Assembly: GCA_963712745.1 (NCBI GenBank) | Contig: CAVQJC010000006.1 | Span: 128,001 to 192,000, forward strand | Source of the DNA: an uncultured Chloroflexia bacterium | GTDB lineage: Bacteria > Chloroflexota > Limnocylindria > Limnocylindrales > CSP1-4 | DNA length: 64,000 nt | Reading direction: 5' to 3' | In this document: piece after piece, positions 10,826 to 21,048 of the stretch | How the letters are laid out: each line of letters begins with the position of its first letter | How positions within the stretch are numbered: position 1 is the stretch's first letter | Made by a program: the position numbers and the translations under genes | Notes under the pieces: generated by a model | Told to the model about the DNA's origin: nothing | The model's input: the letters and a program-made list of their open reading frames with translations, nothing else | Databases searched by the model: none

Positions 10826-10854
10826 GACGAGGCCGGCCCGACGCCGGCCTCGTC
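10826..10854 (+). terminator. Intercistronic stem-loop after the binding-protein gene
   Basis: GACGAGGCCGGC-CCGAC-GCCGGCCTCGTC, a perfect 12-bp stem. Such hairpins after binding-protein genes typically stabilise or attenuate the mRNA. Confidence 0.6.
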
Positions 10855-10866
10855 CTCACACTGTCC

Positions 10867-12688
10867 ATGACGGCCTCTACGCCCCGCAAGGAGCTGAAGG
10901 AGGCCGCCTACGGGCGTGCCCTGCCCGAGGGCTTCCCGGGGGACGCCCCCAAGTCGCGTCGGCGTGCGCTCGACCCCATCGTCATCGCTGCCATCGTGAT
11001 CTCGGCGCTCTTCGTCGTGGTCGCCATCGGCCTGCCGGTCCTCTCCGTCACGGGTCAAGCCTTCTCGGCCGAGGCGGTCCCCTACTTCGAGCGCTACATC
11101 ACGTCGGTCCAGAACCAGATCTTCGTCAACACGATGGTGTTGGGGGTCGCGGTCGCGACCGTGGGCACGTTCGTGGCCTTCGTGTTCGCCTACGTCCAGG
11201 TGCGCGTGCCGAAGCCGCGTCCAGTCCAGCTGCTCATCCACGTGATGGCCTTGCTGCCGATCGTCAGCCCGCCCTTCGCGCTGGCCGTGGCTGCCGTCTC
11301 ACTGTTCGGCCGCAGCGGCATCATCACCTACGACATCTTTGGCATCCGCCTGGACATCTACTCATGGCCCGACGTCCAGGTGCCGTTCGTCGGAGATCCA
11401 GCTGCCACCGCTGGGTCTGACCCTGATCATGTCCCTGACGTTCTTCCCCATCGCGTACATCATGCTGATGGGCATGATGCGTGCGCTCGACCCATCGCTG
11501 GGCGAGGCCGCGGCCAACCTTGGCGCCTCCAAGTGGCGCGCGTTCCGCAAGGTGGAGCTGCCGCTGCTCGCGCCAGGCATCGCGTCGGCCTTCCTCCTGC
11601 TCTTCGTGGAAGCGCTGGCAGACCTCGGCAACCCGCTCGTGCTCGGCGGTGACTACTGGGTGCTGGCGAGTCGCATGTACATCGCCATCATCGGCCAGTA
11701 CAACCTGACGGCCGGCTCGGTGCTGGCGGTGATGCTCCTGGTGCCCGCCCTCATCGTCTACTTCGTGCACCGCTACTACGCCAACAAGGCCTCCATCGTC
11801 TCGGTGTCTGGCAAGCCCAGCGGCAAACACGGGGAGATCCGGAGCCGTTGGGTGCGCTGGCTGTTGCTTGGCACGGTGCTCTCCATCGTCGGTGTCGTCA
11901 TCCTGCTCTACGGCACGATCGTGCTCGGCTCCGTCGTCAGGCTGCTGGGCGTGAACCACGAGTTCACGCTCGATCACTTCGACTCGGTCCTGTTCGGCAT
12001 CGGCACGAAGGCAGTGACCGACACCGTCACGCTGGCCTCCATCGCGACGCCTATCGCCGGACTGCTCGGTGTGATCGTGGCCTTCCTCGTCGTGCGCCGC
12101 CGCTTCTGGGGACGCGGCGCGCTCGACTTCGGGGTCATGCTCGGCATCGCCATCCCCGGCACGATCTTCGGCATCGGCTACCTGCTCGCGTTCAACACGC
12201 CCACGGAGGTCTTCGGTATAACCATCATCCCCAAGCTGACCGGCGGCGCAGCCATCCTCGGTGGTGCCATCGCCATCGTGATGGTCTTCGTGCTCCGCTC
12301 GGCGCCAGGCGGACTGCGCACCGGCGTCGCCTCGCTGCAGCAGATCGATCCGGCTATCGAGGAGGCCTCGACCTCGCTAGGAGCGAACCAGGCGCACACG
12401 TTCCGCAGGATCACGCTGCCGCTGATCCGACCAGCGTTCCTGGCCGGGCTCATCTATTCGTTCGCCCGCTCGATGACAGCCATCAGCGCGGTGATCTTCC
12501 TGACCACGCCGAAGGTGCGCATCATGACGGCCCAGATCCTCAATGAGACGGAGGGAGCACGCTACGGCAACGCCTTCGCCTATTCCGTGCTGCTCATCCT
12601 CATCGTCCTCGCTGCCATCGGCATCCTGTCGCTGCTCGTGGGGACGCGTACCGGGGCCGAACAGGCCACCGAGACAGGAGGCAACTGA
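10867..12688 (+). CDS. ABC permease with duplicated domains, AfuB/FbpB family (frameshift at ~11393)
   Basis: Two EAA loops: 'LGEAAANLGAS' and 'IEEASTSLGAN'. Confidence 0.88.
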
Positions 12689-13828
12689 TGACGGCGACGA
12701 CCGAAGGTAGGCGCGACGCGAGCGCGCCCGCGACCGTCCTGCTCGAACGGCTGTCCAAGTACTTCAAGTCGCCGGAGGGGGACCTCGTCAAGGCCGTCGA
12801 CGACATCACGCTCGAGCTATCCGGCGGCAGCTTCGTGACGCTGCTCGGTCCCTCCGGCTGCGGCAAGACCACGACCTTGCGCATGATCGCCGGCTTCGAG
12901 ACCCCCACCACCGGGCGCATCATGGTGGATGACCGCGACATCGCCCGCCTCACGCCGGACAAGCGCGGCATGGGCATGGTCTTCCAATCGTACGCGCTGT
13001 TCCCGCACCTGACGGTGCACGACAACGTGGCGTTCGGGGTCCAGCTGCAGGGCAAGAAGGGGGCTGAGCTCGAAGCGACAATCGACAACGCCCTCGACCT
13101 GGTCAACCTGCATGGCTTGGGCCAACGCAAGATCTCGAGAGCTGTCGGGCGGCCAGCAGCAGCGCGTGGCGCTGGCCCGGGCCATGGCCATCGAGCCACG
13201 GGTGCTGCTCTTCGACGAGCCCCTCTCGAACCTTGACGCCAAGCTGCGCGTTTCGCTGCGCTCGGAGATCCGGCGTATCCAGCAGGCGCTGGGCACCACG
13301 TCCGTCTACGTCACCCACGACCAGGCCGAAGCCATGGCCCTGTCAGATGTGGTGGTGGTCATGAACGCGGGCAAGATCGAGCAGTCCGGGCCGCCCGACG
13401 TGATCTATCGACGTCCGAATACCCGCTTCGTGGCCGACTTCATCGGCCGTGCCAACTTCCTCGGTGGTGAGGTGCTGGCCATCGGTGACGAGACCATCGA
13501 CGTGTCGCTGATGGGCGTGGTCTTGACTATCCCGGCCGGCGAGGGGCATGCCCAGGGCGGTCAGGCCACGGTCGTGGCGCGACCCGAGTCTGTGAGCGTC
13601 GGCGAGGGCGAGCTGCGCGCGGTGGTCAAGGGCAGCACGTTCTTGGGCTCGTACGTCGAGTACGAACTCGAGCTCGGCGAGGGCCAGGAGAACATGCTCG
13701 CGGTGGACGGCGAGTGGATGTCACACGGTGTCCACCAGCCGGGTGACGAGGTCGCCTGGACCCTGGTGCGCGAGCGGGCCTATGCCCTGCCGGCCGAGGC
13801 CGGGCAGGAGACCGCGACCGACGCCTAG
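12688..13828 (+). CDS. ABC ATP-binding protein, AfuC/PotA family (frameshift at ~13138)
   Basis: [40 protein letters not shown] and a TOBE-like C-terminus. Confidence 0.9.
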
Positions 13829-13915
13829 CCAGCGGGCCGCAGCCCGACCACGCCCGTGTGCGGCCGCAACCTACTGGCATGGACATCTCGGTCCACACGG
13901 CAGAGCGCCCTCGCG

Positions 13916-13967
13916 TGTGACAAAGGTCACAGATCTAGTTGCTATTCGTTTCTGGCGCCACTAGCCT
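13916..13967 (+). promoter_or_regulatory. CRP/FNR-family site plus sigma70 promoter of nirK
   Basis: Perfect palindrome TGTGAC-AAAG-GTCACA (13916-13931). TTGCTA (13939-13944), 17-bp spacer, TAGCCT (13962-13967). Confidence 0.72.
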
Positions 13968-14048
13968 CACCCTGCGCAGAGTCGAGCGCGAGGGTCGGCG
14001 GCGGCACCCCCCGTCTGCCGCGATCCTCGATAGATGAGGAGCGAACCG

Positions 14049-15155
14049 ATGCCGAGAACCACTCTACCCACGGTATGGGCGCGCCGAACGTCTGCCATCC
14101 TGGCTGCCGTCGTGCTTACCCTTTCTGGCGCAGCGACGGTCGCCGCCGCCGAGCATCCGAGCGTCATCCCCGATCTGGTGCCCAAGGCCGAGCTGCCCCT
14201 GGCGCCTGATAGTGAGGTCAACGTCTCGTACGCACCCGAGGTCCCACCCGCATCCGGCCGCACCGAGCCGGCCCTGGTCGAGGTCGCCTTCGAGGTAGCC
14301 GAGAACGTGACCGCCATCGACCCGGCGACCGGCGTCGAGTACGAGACCTGGGGCTATCGCCTGCCGGGCGACGAGGGCGCGGTCTCAGGCACGCCGGGCC
14401 CCATGATCCGAGCTCGAGTCGGCGACGTGCTCCGCTTCACCATCACCAACCCGGAAGGCAACGTGATGCCGCACAACGTGGACTTCCACGCGGTCACCGG
14501 GCAGGGCGGCGGCGCAGCCTACACCGTGGTCGCACCGGGCATGACGGCCGTCATCGAGGCCCGTCTGCTCTATCCGGGCTTCTTCATGTATCACTGCGCC
14601 ATGGGCGACGTGCCCGAGCACATCTCGCACGGCATGTACGGCGGCATCCTCGTGGACCCGGCGGAGCCGCTGCCGGAGGTCGACCACGAGTGGTACATCG
14701 TGCAGTCGGAGTTCTACACCACCTCGACCGAGCCGGGCCTGGTCGAGACAGACCGAGCCGCCATCACCGCCGAGCAGCCCACGATGGTCGTGTTCAACGG
14801 CGCGAAGGGTGCACTCACCGGTGACAACGCTCCCGTGATGCAGGTCGGCGAGCGTGCGCGGATCTACTTCGTCAACGCCGGCCTCAACCTCATCTCCAGC
14901 TTCCATCCCATCGGTTCCCACTGGGACGTGGTGTACCAGGAGGCGGCCCTGCTGAACGAGCCGTTGCGCGGCTCCCAGACGACGCTCGTGCCGGCCGGCG
15001 GAGGCACGGTGGTAGAGCTCATCGGACAGGTCCCGAGCACCATCATCCTTGTCGACCACGCGCTGGCTCGCACGTTCGACAAGGGCGCGCTCGGGATGGT
15101 CATGGTACAGGGTGAGGAGGATCCGGAGGTCTTCGAGGCCATCCCCGTCGAATAG
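14049..15155 (+). CDS. nirK: Copper-containing nitrite reductase
   Basis: Signal peptide. Cu-ligand and catalytic motifs 'PHNVDFHA', 'YHCA...EHISHGMYG', 'SSFHPIG', 'LVDHA'. Confidence 0.9.
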   Translation: MPRTTLPTVWARRTSAILAAVVLTLSGAATVAAAEHPSVIPDLVPKAELPLAPDSEVNVSYAPEVPPASGRTEPALVEVAFEVAENVTAIDPATGVEYETWGYRLPGDEGAVSGTPGPMIRARVGDVLRFTITNPEGNVMPHNVDFHAVTGQGGGAAYTVVAPGMTAVIEARLLYPGFFMYHCAMGDVPEHISHGMYGGILVDPAEPLPEVDHEWYIVQSEFYTTSTEPGLVETDRAAITAEQPTMVVFNGAKGALTGDNAPVMQVGERARIYFVNAGLNLISSFHPIGSHWDVVYQEAALLNEPLRGSQTTLVPAGGGTVVELIGQVPSTIILVDHALARTFDKGALGMVMVQGEEDPEVFEAIPVE

Positions 15156-15165
15156 GCACCGTGGT

Positions 15166-15666
15166 CTAGCGGCGGTCACCAGGGAGCGGCTCGGCCCAGG
15201 CTTCGAGCCGCTCCTGCCATTCCTCGACCAGCGCCCGGTAGATGGGCCGCTTGACCTCCCACATCTCCTCGGCCAGGTCGGCCAGATCCATCCAGCGGTA
15301 GTCCCTGAACTCCTGGCGCTCCCCCTTCGGCGGCTTCAGGTCGATGTCGTCGTCGGTCCCCAGGAAGCGATAGAGGAACCACTTCTGGACCTGACCGCGG
15401 GCGCGCTCGTCGCGACGCCGGGCCGGCGGCAACTCGTAGGCCAGCCAGTCGGGATGCTCGGCCACGAGCTCCACGTGATCTGCCCGCAACCCGGTCTCCT
15501 CCCGCAGCTCACGCATGGAGGCCTCCGCCGGCTCCTCACCCATGTTCAGGCCGCCCTGGGGCATCTGCCAGCGACCGGGCTGGTCGATGCGCTCCAGCGC
15601 CAGGACACGCCCATCGTCGCGCGCCACCGCGATGCCCACGTTGGCCCGGAAGGTCTGGCTGGTCAT
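15166..15666 (-). CDS. rppH: RNA pyrophosphohydrolase (Nudix)
   Basis: 'FRANVGI', 'WQMPQGG', Nudix box 'GEEPAEASMRELREETGL', 'RGQVQKWFL'. Confidence 0.85.
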   Translation of the reverse strand: MTSQTFRANVGIAVARDDGRVLALERIDQPGRWQMPQGGLNMGEEPAEASMRELREETGLRADHVELVAEHPDWLAYELPPARRRDERARGQVQKWFLYRFLGTDDDIDLKPPKGERQEFRDYRWMDLADLAEEMWEVKRPIYRALVEEWQERLEAWAEPLPGDRR

Positions 15667-15789
15667 GGCGTCTACTCTACGCGGCCAGGGCCAGTCACCG
15701 CGACCCGGCCCGCGGAGTAGCATCGAGCGGTGAGCCCGCGGCGCACGGACATCACCAGACGGTCAGGCCCAGGAACAGGGAGGTTCAGG

Positions 15790-16929
15790 ATGGTTCGGAC
15801 GACATTCACTCGCGTCCTGCTGGGGGCGGCATTGGTCATCACCATCCCGCTGGCCACCGCTGCCCAGGATCCGGCCGAGTCACCTGAGAGCGACGAGTGG
15901 CATCTCACCTCCTACACCCTCGATGGCGAGGCGCTGATCGTGCCCTGGTATGTCGATGCCACGCTCCTGCTCGAGGCTGGCCAGGCCGCGGGCTCCACCG
16001 GCTGCAACACCTTCAGCGGTAGCTACACACTCGAGGGCGACCAGCTGACCTTCGATCCGACCGTGACGATGACGCGCATGGCCTGCCCCGAGGAGGAGTC
16101 GGCCGTGGAGGACGGCTACATGGCGGCCCTGCCCCTGGTCGAGTTCTGGACCATGGAGGACGGTGACCTGCTGCTGGCCGACGCCGACGGTCTGCCGCTC
16201 CTCGGCTTCGAACGGTCGACCGTCGCCCTGACCGAGAGCGACGTGGTCGCCATGGCTGCTCTGTTCCGTGAACAGCAGGCGGAGATCCAGCGGCTCGACG
16301 AGCGCATCGACAGCGTGCGCATCCGCATCCTGCGTGAGCGCGTCAAGGAGCTCGAGGGCCAGGTCGAGGCCCTGAGTGCTGCGCAGGCCGCAGCCCAGCG
16401 ACAGGCGGCCACGACCTTCGCCTCGTCGGAGCGAACCCTGCTCCAGGGCATCCCTTCATCCATCCGGAGCACCTGTCGCCCGCTCCGCGCCGACAACAAC
16501 CCGGCCGGTACCTTGGCGGCCGTGCGCTGCCGGCCCGCCGATGGCCTCATCAGCGAGATGGCCTACTACCTCATGCCCTACAAGCAGGCGCGTCGCACGT
16601 TCAACACCGTCATGGCCAGGAACGATGTGCCGCAGGGGAATGGTTGTCGCTCGGGCAAGCCCGGCAAGGTCCTGACCCCGCCGCTCTTCGGCGAGGGCTG
16701 TTTCGTCAGCGGCGGGCGTGCCAATGTCCGCCTCATCGACTGGGCCGCCGGCTGCCACCAGTTGAACGTCGGTGGCACCCAGGTGGCGCAGCCGGCGATC
16801 TATGTGGCCATCGAGGGCAAGAACAGGCGCATCGCCCCGCTCATCAACTCGCTGCTCGGCGAAGGCGGGTACACGGTCACGTCGCCCATCCCGTACGGAG
16901 CGCAACCCCTCTCGCCGGGCTGCGAGTAG
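15790..16929 (+). CDS. Secreted META-domain protein with coiled coil and Cys-rich C-terminal domain (paralog 1)
   Basis: Signal peptide. META motifs 'GSTGCNTFSGSY' and 'TRMAC'. Heptad-rich middle segment. Confidence 0.75.
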   Translation: MVRTTFTRVLLGAALVITIPLATAAQDPAESPESDEWHLTSYTLDGEALIVPWYVDATLLLEAGQAAGSTGCNTFSGSYTLEGDQLTFDPTVTMTRMACPEEESAVEDGYMAALPLVEFWTMEDGDLLLADADGLPLLGFERSTVALTESDVVAMAALFREQQAEIQRLDERIDSVRIRILRERVKELEGQVEALSAAQAAAQRQAATTFASSERTLLQGIPSSIRSTCRPLRADNNPAGTLAAVRCRPADGLISEMAYYLMPYKQARRTFNTVMARNDVPQGNGCRSGKPGKVLTPPLFGEGCFVSGGRANVRLIDWAAGCHQLNVGGTQVAQPAIYVAIEGKNRRIAPLINSLLGEGGYTVTSPIPYGAQPLSPGCE

Positions 16930-17049
16930 CCGGCCCGCGGTGACGACACCGCCACGCCAGGCGCGAGCCCGCCCGGAGATGTTCGAACGGGCTCGCGGTG
17001 TACTCTCGCTCCCTGCCCTACCCGACCATCGAGCAGGGGGTGCTACTTC

Positions 17050-18297
17050 GTGATCCGTCCTCGACTCATCGGCAGCGTCTTCGCCGCCCTCCTCGTCGCC
17101 GGTCTGCCGGCGACCGCCGTGTCCCAGTCGGCCCCGCCGTCCTCGCCCGAGGGGTTCGACTGGACCCTCACGAGCTACTACGACGAAGCCACGGCCGAGA
17201 CAACGGCGGTGCCCTTCGAGATCGGCGCCACGCTTCGCCTCGAGGAGGGCGTCGCATCGGGCTTCGCGGGCTGCAACCAGTTCAGCGGCAACTACCTGCT
17301 CGACGGCAGCAGCCTGAGCCTGGGCGAGGAGATGTCGGTGACGCTCGCGCTCTGCGACGAGCCGGCACAGACGGTCGAGGACGCCTACCTGGCCGCGCTC
17401 GGCGAAGTCGACGGCTGGACCATCGACGCGGGGATGCTCGAGCTCAGTGACGACTTCGGTGACGTCGTGCTCACGTTCGAGCGGGCCTCCATCCTCTGGA
17501 CGCCCAGCCAGCTGGCCAGCCTCATGACCGCGCTGACCGAGATGCAGGGGAGCCTGGACGAGCTGCGCACCGACGTCGACGCACTGCGCGACGATGTCGC
17601 GGCCGTCCCCGTCGAGCGCTTCCGGGACCGGATCAAGGCGCTCGAGTCCGACAACCGCAAGCTGAAGGAGAGCCTCAAGGCCGTCGGGAAGACGCCCAAG
17701 CTCGACCCCGCGCCCAGGCCCGACCCCACGCCCAAGGGCGATGCTAGGGCGTACACGTCGGCGGAGACGGCCCTGCTCAGAGGCATCCCTACGCGAATCG
17801 CCAACCGCTGCCAGCCCTTGCGCTCGGCGCTGCCGCGGGGCACCCAGGCCGCCGTCACCTGCCGGCCCAACACCGACGCTGTCGCGAAGGTCGACTACTA
17901 CCTGATGGAGGGCGAAGCGGCAGCGACCGCGTTCGGCGCGGACATGGACGCCCACAATGTGACCGAGGCGACTTCGACCAAGAAGACCTGCGAGCAGGGC
18001 GTCAAGTCGCAGCGCCACCGGCTCGACAACGGCTGGCAGGCCGAGGGCTGCTACCGCGCCAACGACCTCGCCGAGGTTCGCTTCATCGATAACGCCACCG
18101 ACTGCCGCAAGCTGAAGGTCGGCGGCAAGAACCTGGCCAGCCCAACCTTCTACATCACGCTGCGGGGCACGAACAGGGACATCACCCGCGTCCACGATTG
18201 GGCCACCAAGAACCTCCCGGCCGACTCCGCCGCGCTGACAAGCATCATCCAGCCCATCCCCTCCAAGGGTGGCGTCTCGCCCTATTGCCCGACCTGA
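17050..18297 (+). CDS. Secreted META-domain protein with coiled coil and Cys-rich C-terminal domain (paralog 2)
   Basis: 'GFAGCNQFSGNY' and 'TLALC'. Same architecture and cysteine spacing as the upstream gene. Confidence 0.75.
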   Translation: MIRPRLIGSVFAALLVAGLPATAVSQSAPPSSPEGFDWTLTSYYDEATAETTAVPFEIGATLRLEEGVASGFAGCNQFSGNYLLDGSSLSLGEEMSVTLALCDEPAQTVEDAYLAALGEVDGWTIDAGMLELSDDFGDVVLTFERASILWTPSQLASLMTALTEMQGSLDELRTDVDALRDDVAAVPVERFRDRIKALESDNRKLKESLKAVGKTPKLDPAPRPDPTPKGDARAYTSAETALLRGIPTRIANRCQPLRSALPRGTQAAVTCRPNTDAVAKVDYYLMEGEAAATAFGADMDAHNVTEATSTKKTCEQGVKSQRHRLDNGWQAEGCYRANDLAEVRFIDNATDCRKLKVGGKNLASPTFYITLRGTNRDITRVHDWATKNLPADSAALTSIIQPIPSKGGVSPYCPT

Positions 18298-18355
18298 TCG
18301 CCAGGGCTTCTGCGAGGGTCTACCGTTGGGCCACAGCACGGGAGGTACACGCGCC

Positions 18356-19231
18356 ATGGGCAGCAAGAAGACGAGGGCCGCGGGCCAGACAGGCAAGACG
18401 AAGTCAGTGGCGTCCGGGAAGACAGGGGCGTCACGCGAACCAGACTCGGAGGCACCCGGCCTGTCGCGCAAGTACTACGAGCAGGAGCTGGCCAAGCTGC
18501 AGATCGAGCTGGTCAAGCTGCAGGAGTGGATCCGCGCCCGCGGCTTGAAGGTGGTCATCCTCTTCGAGGGTCGTGATGCCGCCGGCAAGGGCGGCTCCAT
18601 CAAGCGCATCACCCAGAGCCTCAACCCTCGCGTCGCCCGCGTGGTGGCCCTGCCGGCTCCGACCGAGCGCGAACGCACACAGTGGTACTTCCAGCGCTAC
18701 GTGGCCCATCTCCCGGCCGCTGGCGAGATGGTCCTCTTCGACCGCAGCTGGTACAACCGCGCCGGTGTCGACCGCGTCATGGGATTCGCCACCGAGGCCG
18801 AAGTCGAGGAGTTCTTCCGTACCTGCCCGGAGTTCGAGCGCATGCTGGTGCGCTCGGGGATCATCGTCATCAAGTACTGGTTCTCGGTCAGCGACGCTGA
18901 GCAGGAGGCGCGCTTCCAGCGACGCATCGACGATCCCACCAAGCGCTGGAAGCTGTCCCCTATGGACCTGCAGTCCCGGGCCCGCTGGGTGGAATACAGC
19001 AAGGCCAAGGACGACATGTTCCGCCACACCGACATCAAGCAAGCGCCGTGGTACGTCGTCAACGCCGACAGCAAGCGACGGGCCCGCCTGAACGTCATCA
19101 AGCACCTGCTCTCGCTCATCCCCTATGAGGACCTCACCCCCGATCCCGTGAGGCTGCCACCGCGCGAGCCGGAGAAGGGCTATGTCCGGCCGCCCATCGA
19201 GGAGCAGTCGTTCATCCCCGAGCCCTACTAG
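18356..19231 (+). CDS. ppk2: Polyphosphate kinase 2
   Basis: 'FEGRDAAGKGG', 'QWYFQRY', 'FDRSWYNR', 'WKLSPMD'. Confidence 0.95.
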   Translation: MGSKKTRAAGQTGKTKSVASGKTGASREPDSEAPGLSRKYYEQELAKLQIELVKLQEWIRARGLKVVILFEGRDAAGKGGSIKRITQSLNPRVARVVALPAPTERERTQWYFQRYVAHLPAAGEMVLFDRSWYNRAGVDRVMGFATEAEVEEFFRTCPEFERMLVRSGIIVIKYWFSVSDAEQEARFQRRIDDPTKRWKLSPMDLQSRARWVEYSKAKDDMFRHTDIKQAPWYVVNADSKRRARLNVIKHLLSLIPYEDLTPDPVRLPPREPEKGYVRPPIEEQSFIPEPY

Positions 19232-19240
19232 TCGTCAGCG

Positions 19241-20179
19241 GTGCCGAGTACGCTCGTCGTCATCAACCCCCACGCCTCGAGAGTTCGTGACAGCGGCACT
19301 CGCGATCGGCTCAAGCTGCGCCTTGACGCGGTCCTGACACGCCGGGACGGGAGCGCACCCTACATCGTCGAAACCACTGCGCCCGGTGACACGGGACCAC
19401 TCGTGGAGTCGGCGCTCGCAGACGGCGTGCGCGCCGTCGTCTGCGTCGGCGGCGACGGCAGCATGCGCGACGTGGCCGCCGCACTGAAGGGAAGCGGCGT
19501 GCCCATCGGCCTCGTCCCGGCCGGGACCGGCAACCAGGTGGCCGCAGTCCTTGGCGTCCCCACCTCCCTCGATCGCGCGGTGGCCGCGCTCTCGTCCGAG
19601 AACGCAAGGAACATCGATCTCGGCGAGGTCGATGTCCGCCTGACTGGGGGGTCGGAAGTGACGTCCATCTCCATCATCGGCTGCGGCGCCGGCTTCGATG
19701 CCCGGCTGATGGCCACGACCCCGAGCGGTCTCAAGCGGAGACTCGGCAAGTCCGCCTATCTGGCCCAAGCTGTCAGGCTCGGGCTGCGCATCGACGCCCG
19801 ACCCTTCCGCATCACCGTTGACGGGGAGCTGATCGAGATGGATGCCTCCATCGCGCTCATCGGCAACATGGGCCAGGTCCTCCCCGGCCTCATCGACCTG
19901 CGATTGCCCATCGATCCGGGTGACGGGCTGTTCGACGTCATCGCCGTCGCGGCCCGAGGCCCCATCCACGGTCTCAGGGGTCTCATCGACCAGGTGAGGC
20001 GCACGCAGCTTGGCGGAGGGTCGGGCTCGGACAGCATCCGGCTACGCGGTCGCGAGGTGACTATCGAGGCAGCCGAGCCGGAGCCGCTGGAGGTCGACGG
20101 CGACTACGTCGGTGAGGGCAGCCTGGTTGCCCGCATCCTGCCCGGAGCCCTGGATGTGCTCGTGCCGGCTCAACCCTAG
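19241..20179 (+). CDS. Diacylglycerol/lipid kinase family protein (YegS/DgkB-like)
   Basis: 'VINP', 'GGDGS', 'PAGTGN', 'GAGFDA', 'EVDGD'. Confidence 0.88.
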   Translation: MPSTLVVINPHASRVRDSGTRDRLKLRLDAVLTRRDGSAPYIVETTAPGDTGPLVESALADGVRAVVCVGGDGSMRDVAAALKGSGVPIGLVPAGTGNQVAAVLGVPTSLDRAVAALSSENARNIDLGEVDVRLTGGSEVTSISIIGCGAGFDARLMATTPSGLKRRLGKSAYLAQAVRLGLRIDARPFRITVDGELIEMDASIALIGNMGQVLPGLIDLRLPIDPGDGLFDVIAVAARGPIHGLRGLIDQVRRTQLGGGSGSDSIRLRGREVTIEAAEPEPLEVDGDYVGEGSLVARILPGALDVLVPAQP

Positions 20180-20317
20180 CCTGGCCTGTCCTCGGTAGAC
20201 GCGAGCTCTGCTCGCGCTGAGCCAGTTGGCCCCGCAGATCATCGTCCTACACCGTGGCACCGCTAACCATCGTGAGCATGAGCAGGCCGGCCGAGAGACC
20301 GGCGATCATCGAGCGCA

Positions 20318-20926
20318 TCACTCCTCCTCGACCGCCACGTCGCCGGCATCCTCAGGCGGCGGCTGCAGATGCAGCGTTTCGGCCAGGGCCAGCCAGTCAT
20401 CCTCGGCGCGCTCCACGCCCACGCACTCGAGCATGTAGCGGGCTTCGTCGGCGTCGACCAGGTAGACCGTGGTGTGGTCATCGCTGGGCGCGTTGTAGAT
20501 GACCAGTCGGTAGGCCTCGCCGGCGGGCAACGTCAGGGAGGCGACCTCGATGGGCCGCTCGACGTCGCTGTGTGTCGGCGTCATCAGAGCCTCGTAGCGT
20601 GCGGCATGGTCCGCGAGCGACAGCGGATGCGCCGGATACCACACGACCTCGCACCAGGGTGACCCGGCGTCGCTGGCATAGACGACGTTCCAGAAGACGA
20701 CCGGCTCCTCGGCGAACCCCTCGTCGAAGAGCCCCCAGTCCTCCCGCTGGCGCATCTCGATGTCGATGCTCCAGTCCGGCGGGAACGACAGTGCCAGCCC
20801 AGCCTCGGGGACCTCGACCGACTGCGACCCGGGCAGGGGCTCAGCAGTCGCATCGGCGGCCGTCGACGGCGCCGAGACGGCCAGCAGCACGAACGCAAGG
20901 GCGGTGACCCGCAGCTGCATCGCCAT
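20318..20926 (-). CDS. Secreted hypothetical protein
   Basis: Signal peptide 'MAMQLRVTALAFVLLAVSAPSTAA', an acidic body and two Cys. Codon usage is coding-like. Confidence 0.65.
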   Translation of the reverse strand: MAMQLRVTALAFVLLAVSAPSTAADATAEPLPGSQSVEVPEAGLALSFPPDWSIDIEMRQREDWGLFDEGFAEEPVVFWNVVYASDAGSPWCEVVWYPAHPLSLADHAARYEALMTPTHSDVERPIEVASLTLPAGEAYRLVIYNAPSDDHTTVYLVDADEARYMLECVGVERAEDDWLALAETLHLQPPPEDAGDVAVEEE

Positions 20927-21048
20927 TCCCCCCACGAAGACCCAGTGTTCCAGACCATCGTCCGTCCGGCGGCGACAAACGTCAAACATCGCCGACCGCC
21001 GGAGTCCTCGAGGACGGCGGCGGTCGGGAGTGGCTGGAGACCGGGATG

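Noticed and set aside
16456-18471. Long antisense ORFs (for example 16456-18471, 49555-51063, 7666-9090, 50961-52445)
   Set aside because: They are shadow ORFs opposite well-supported genes, expected at high GC, and carry no recognisable motifs.
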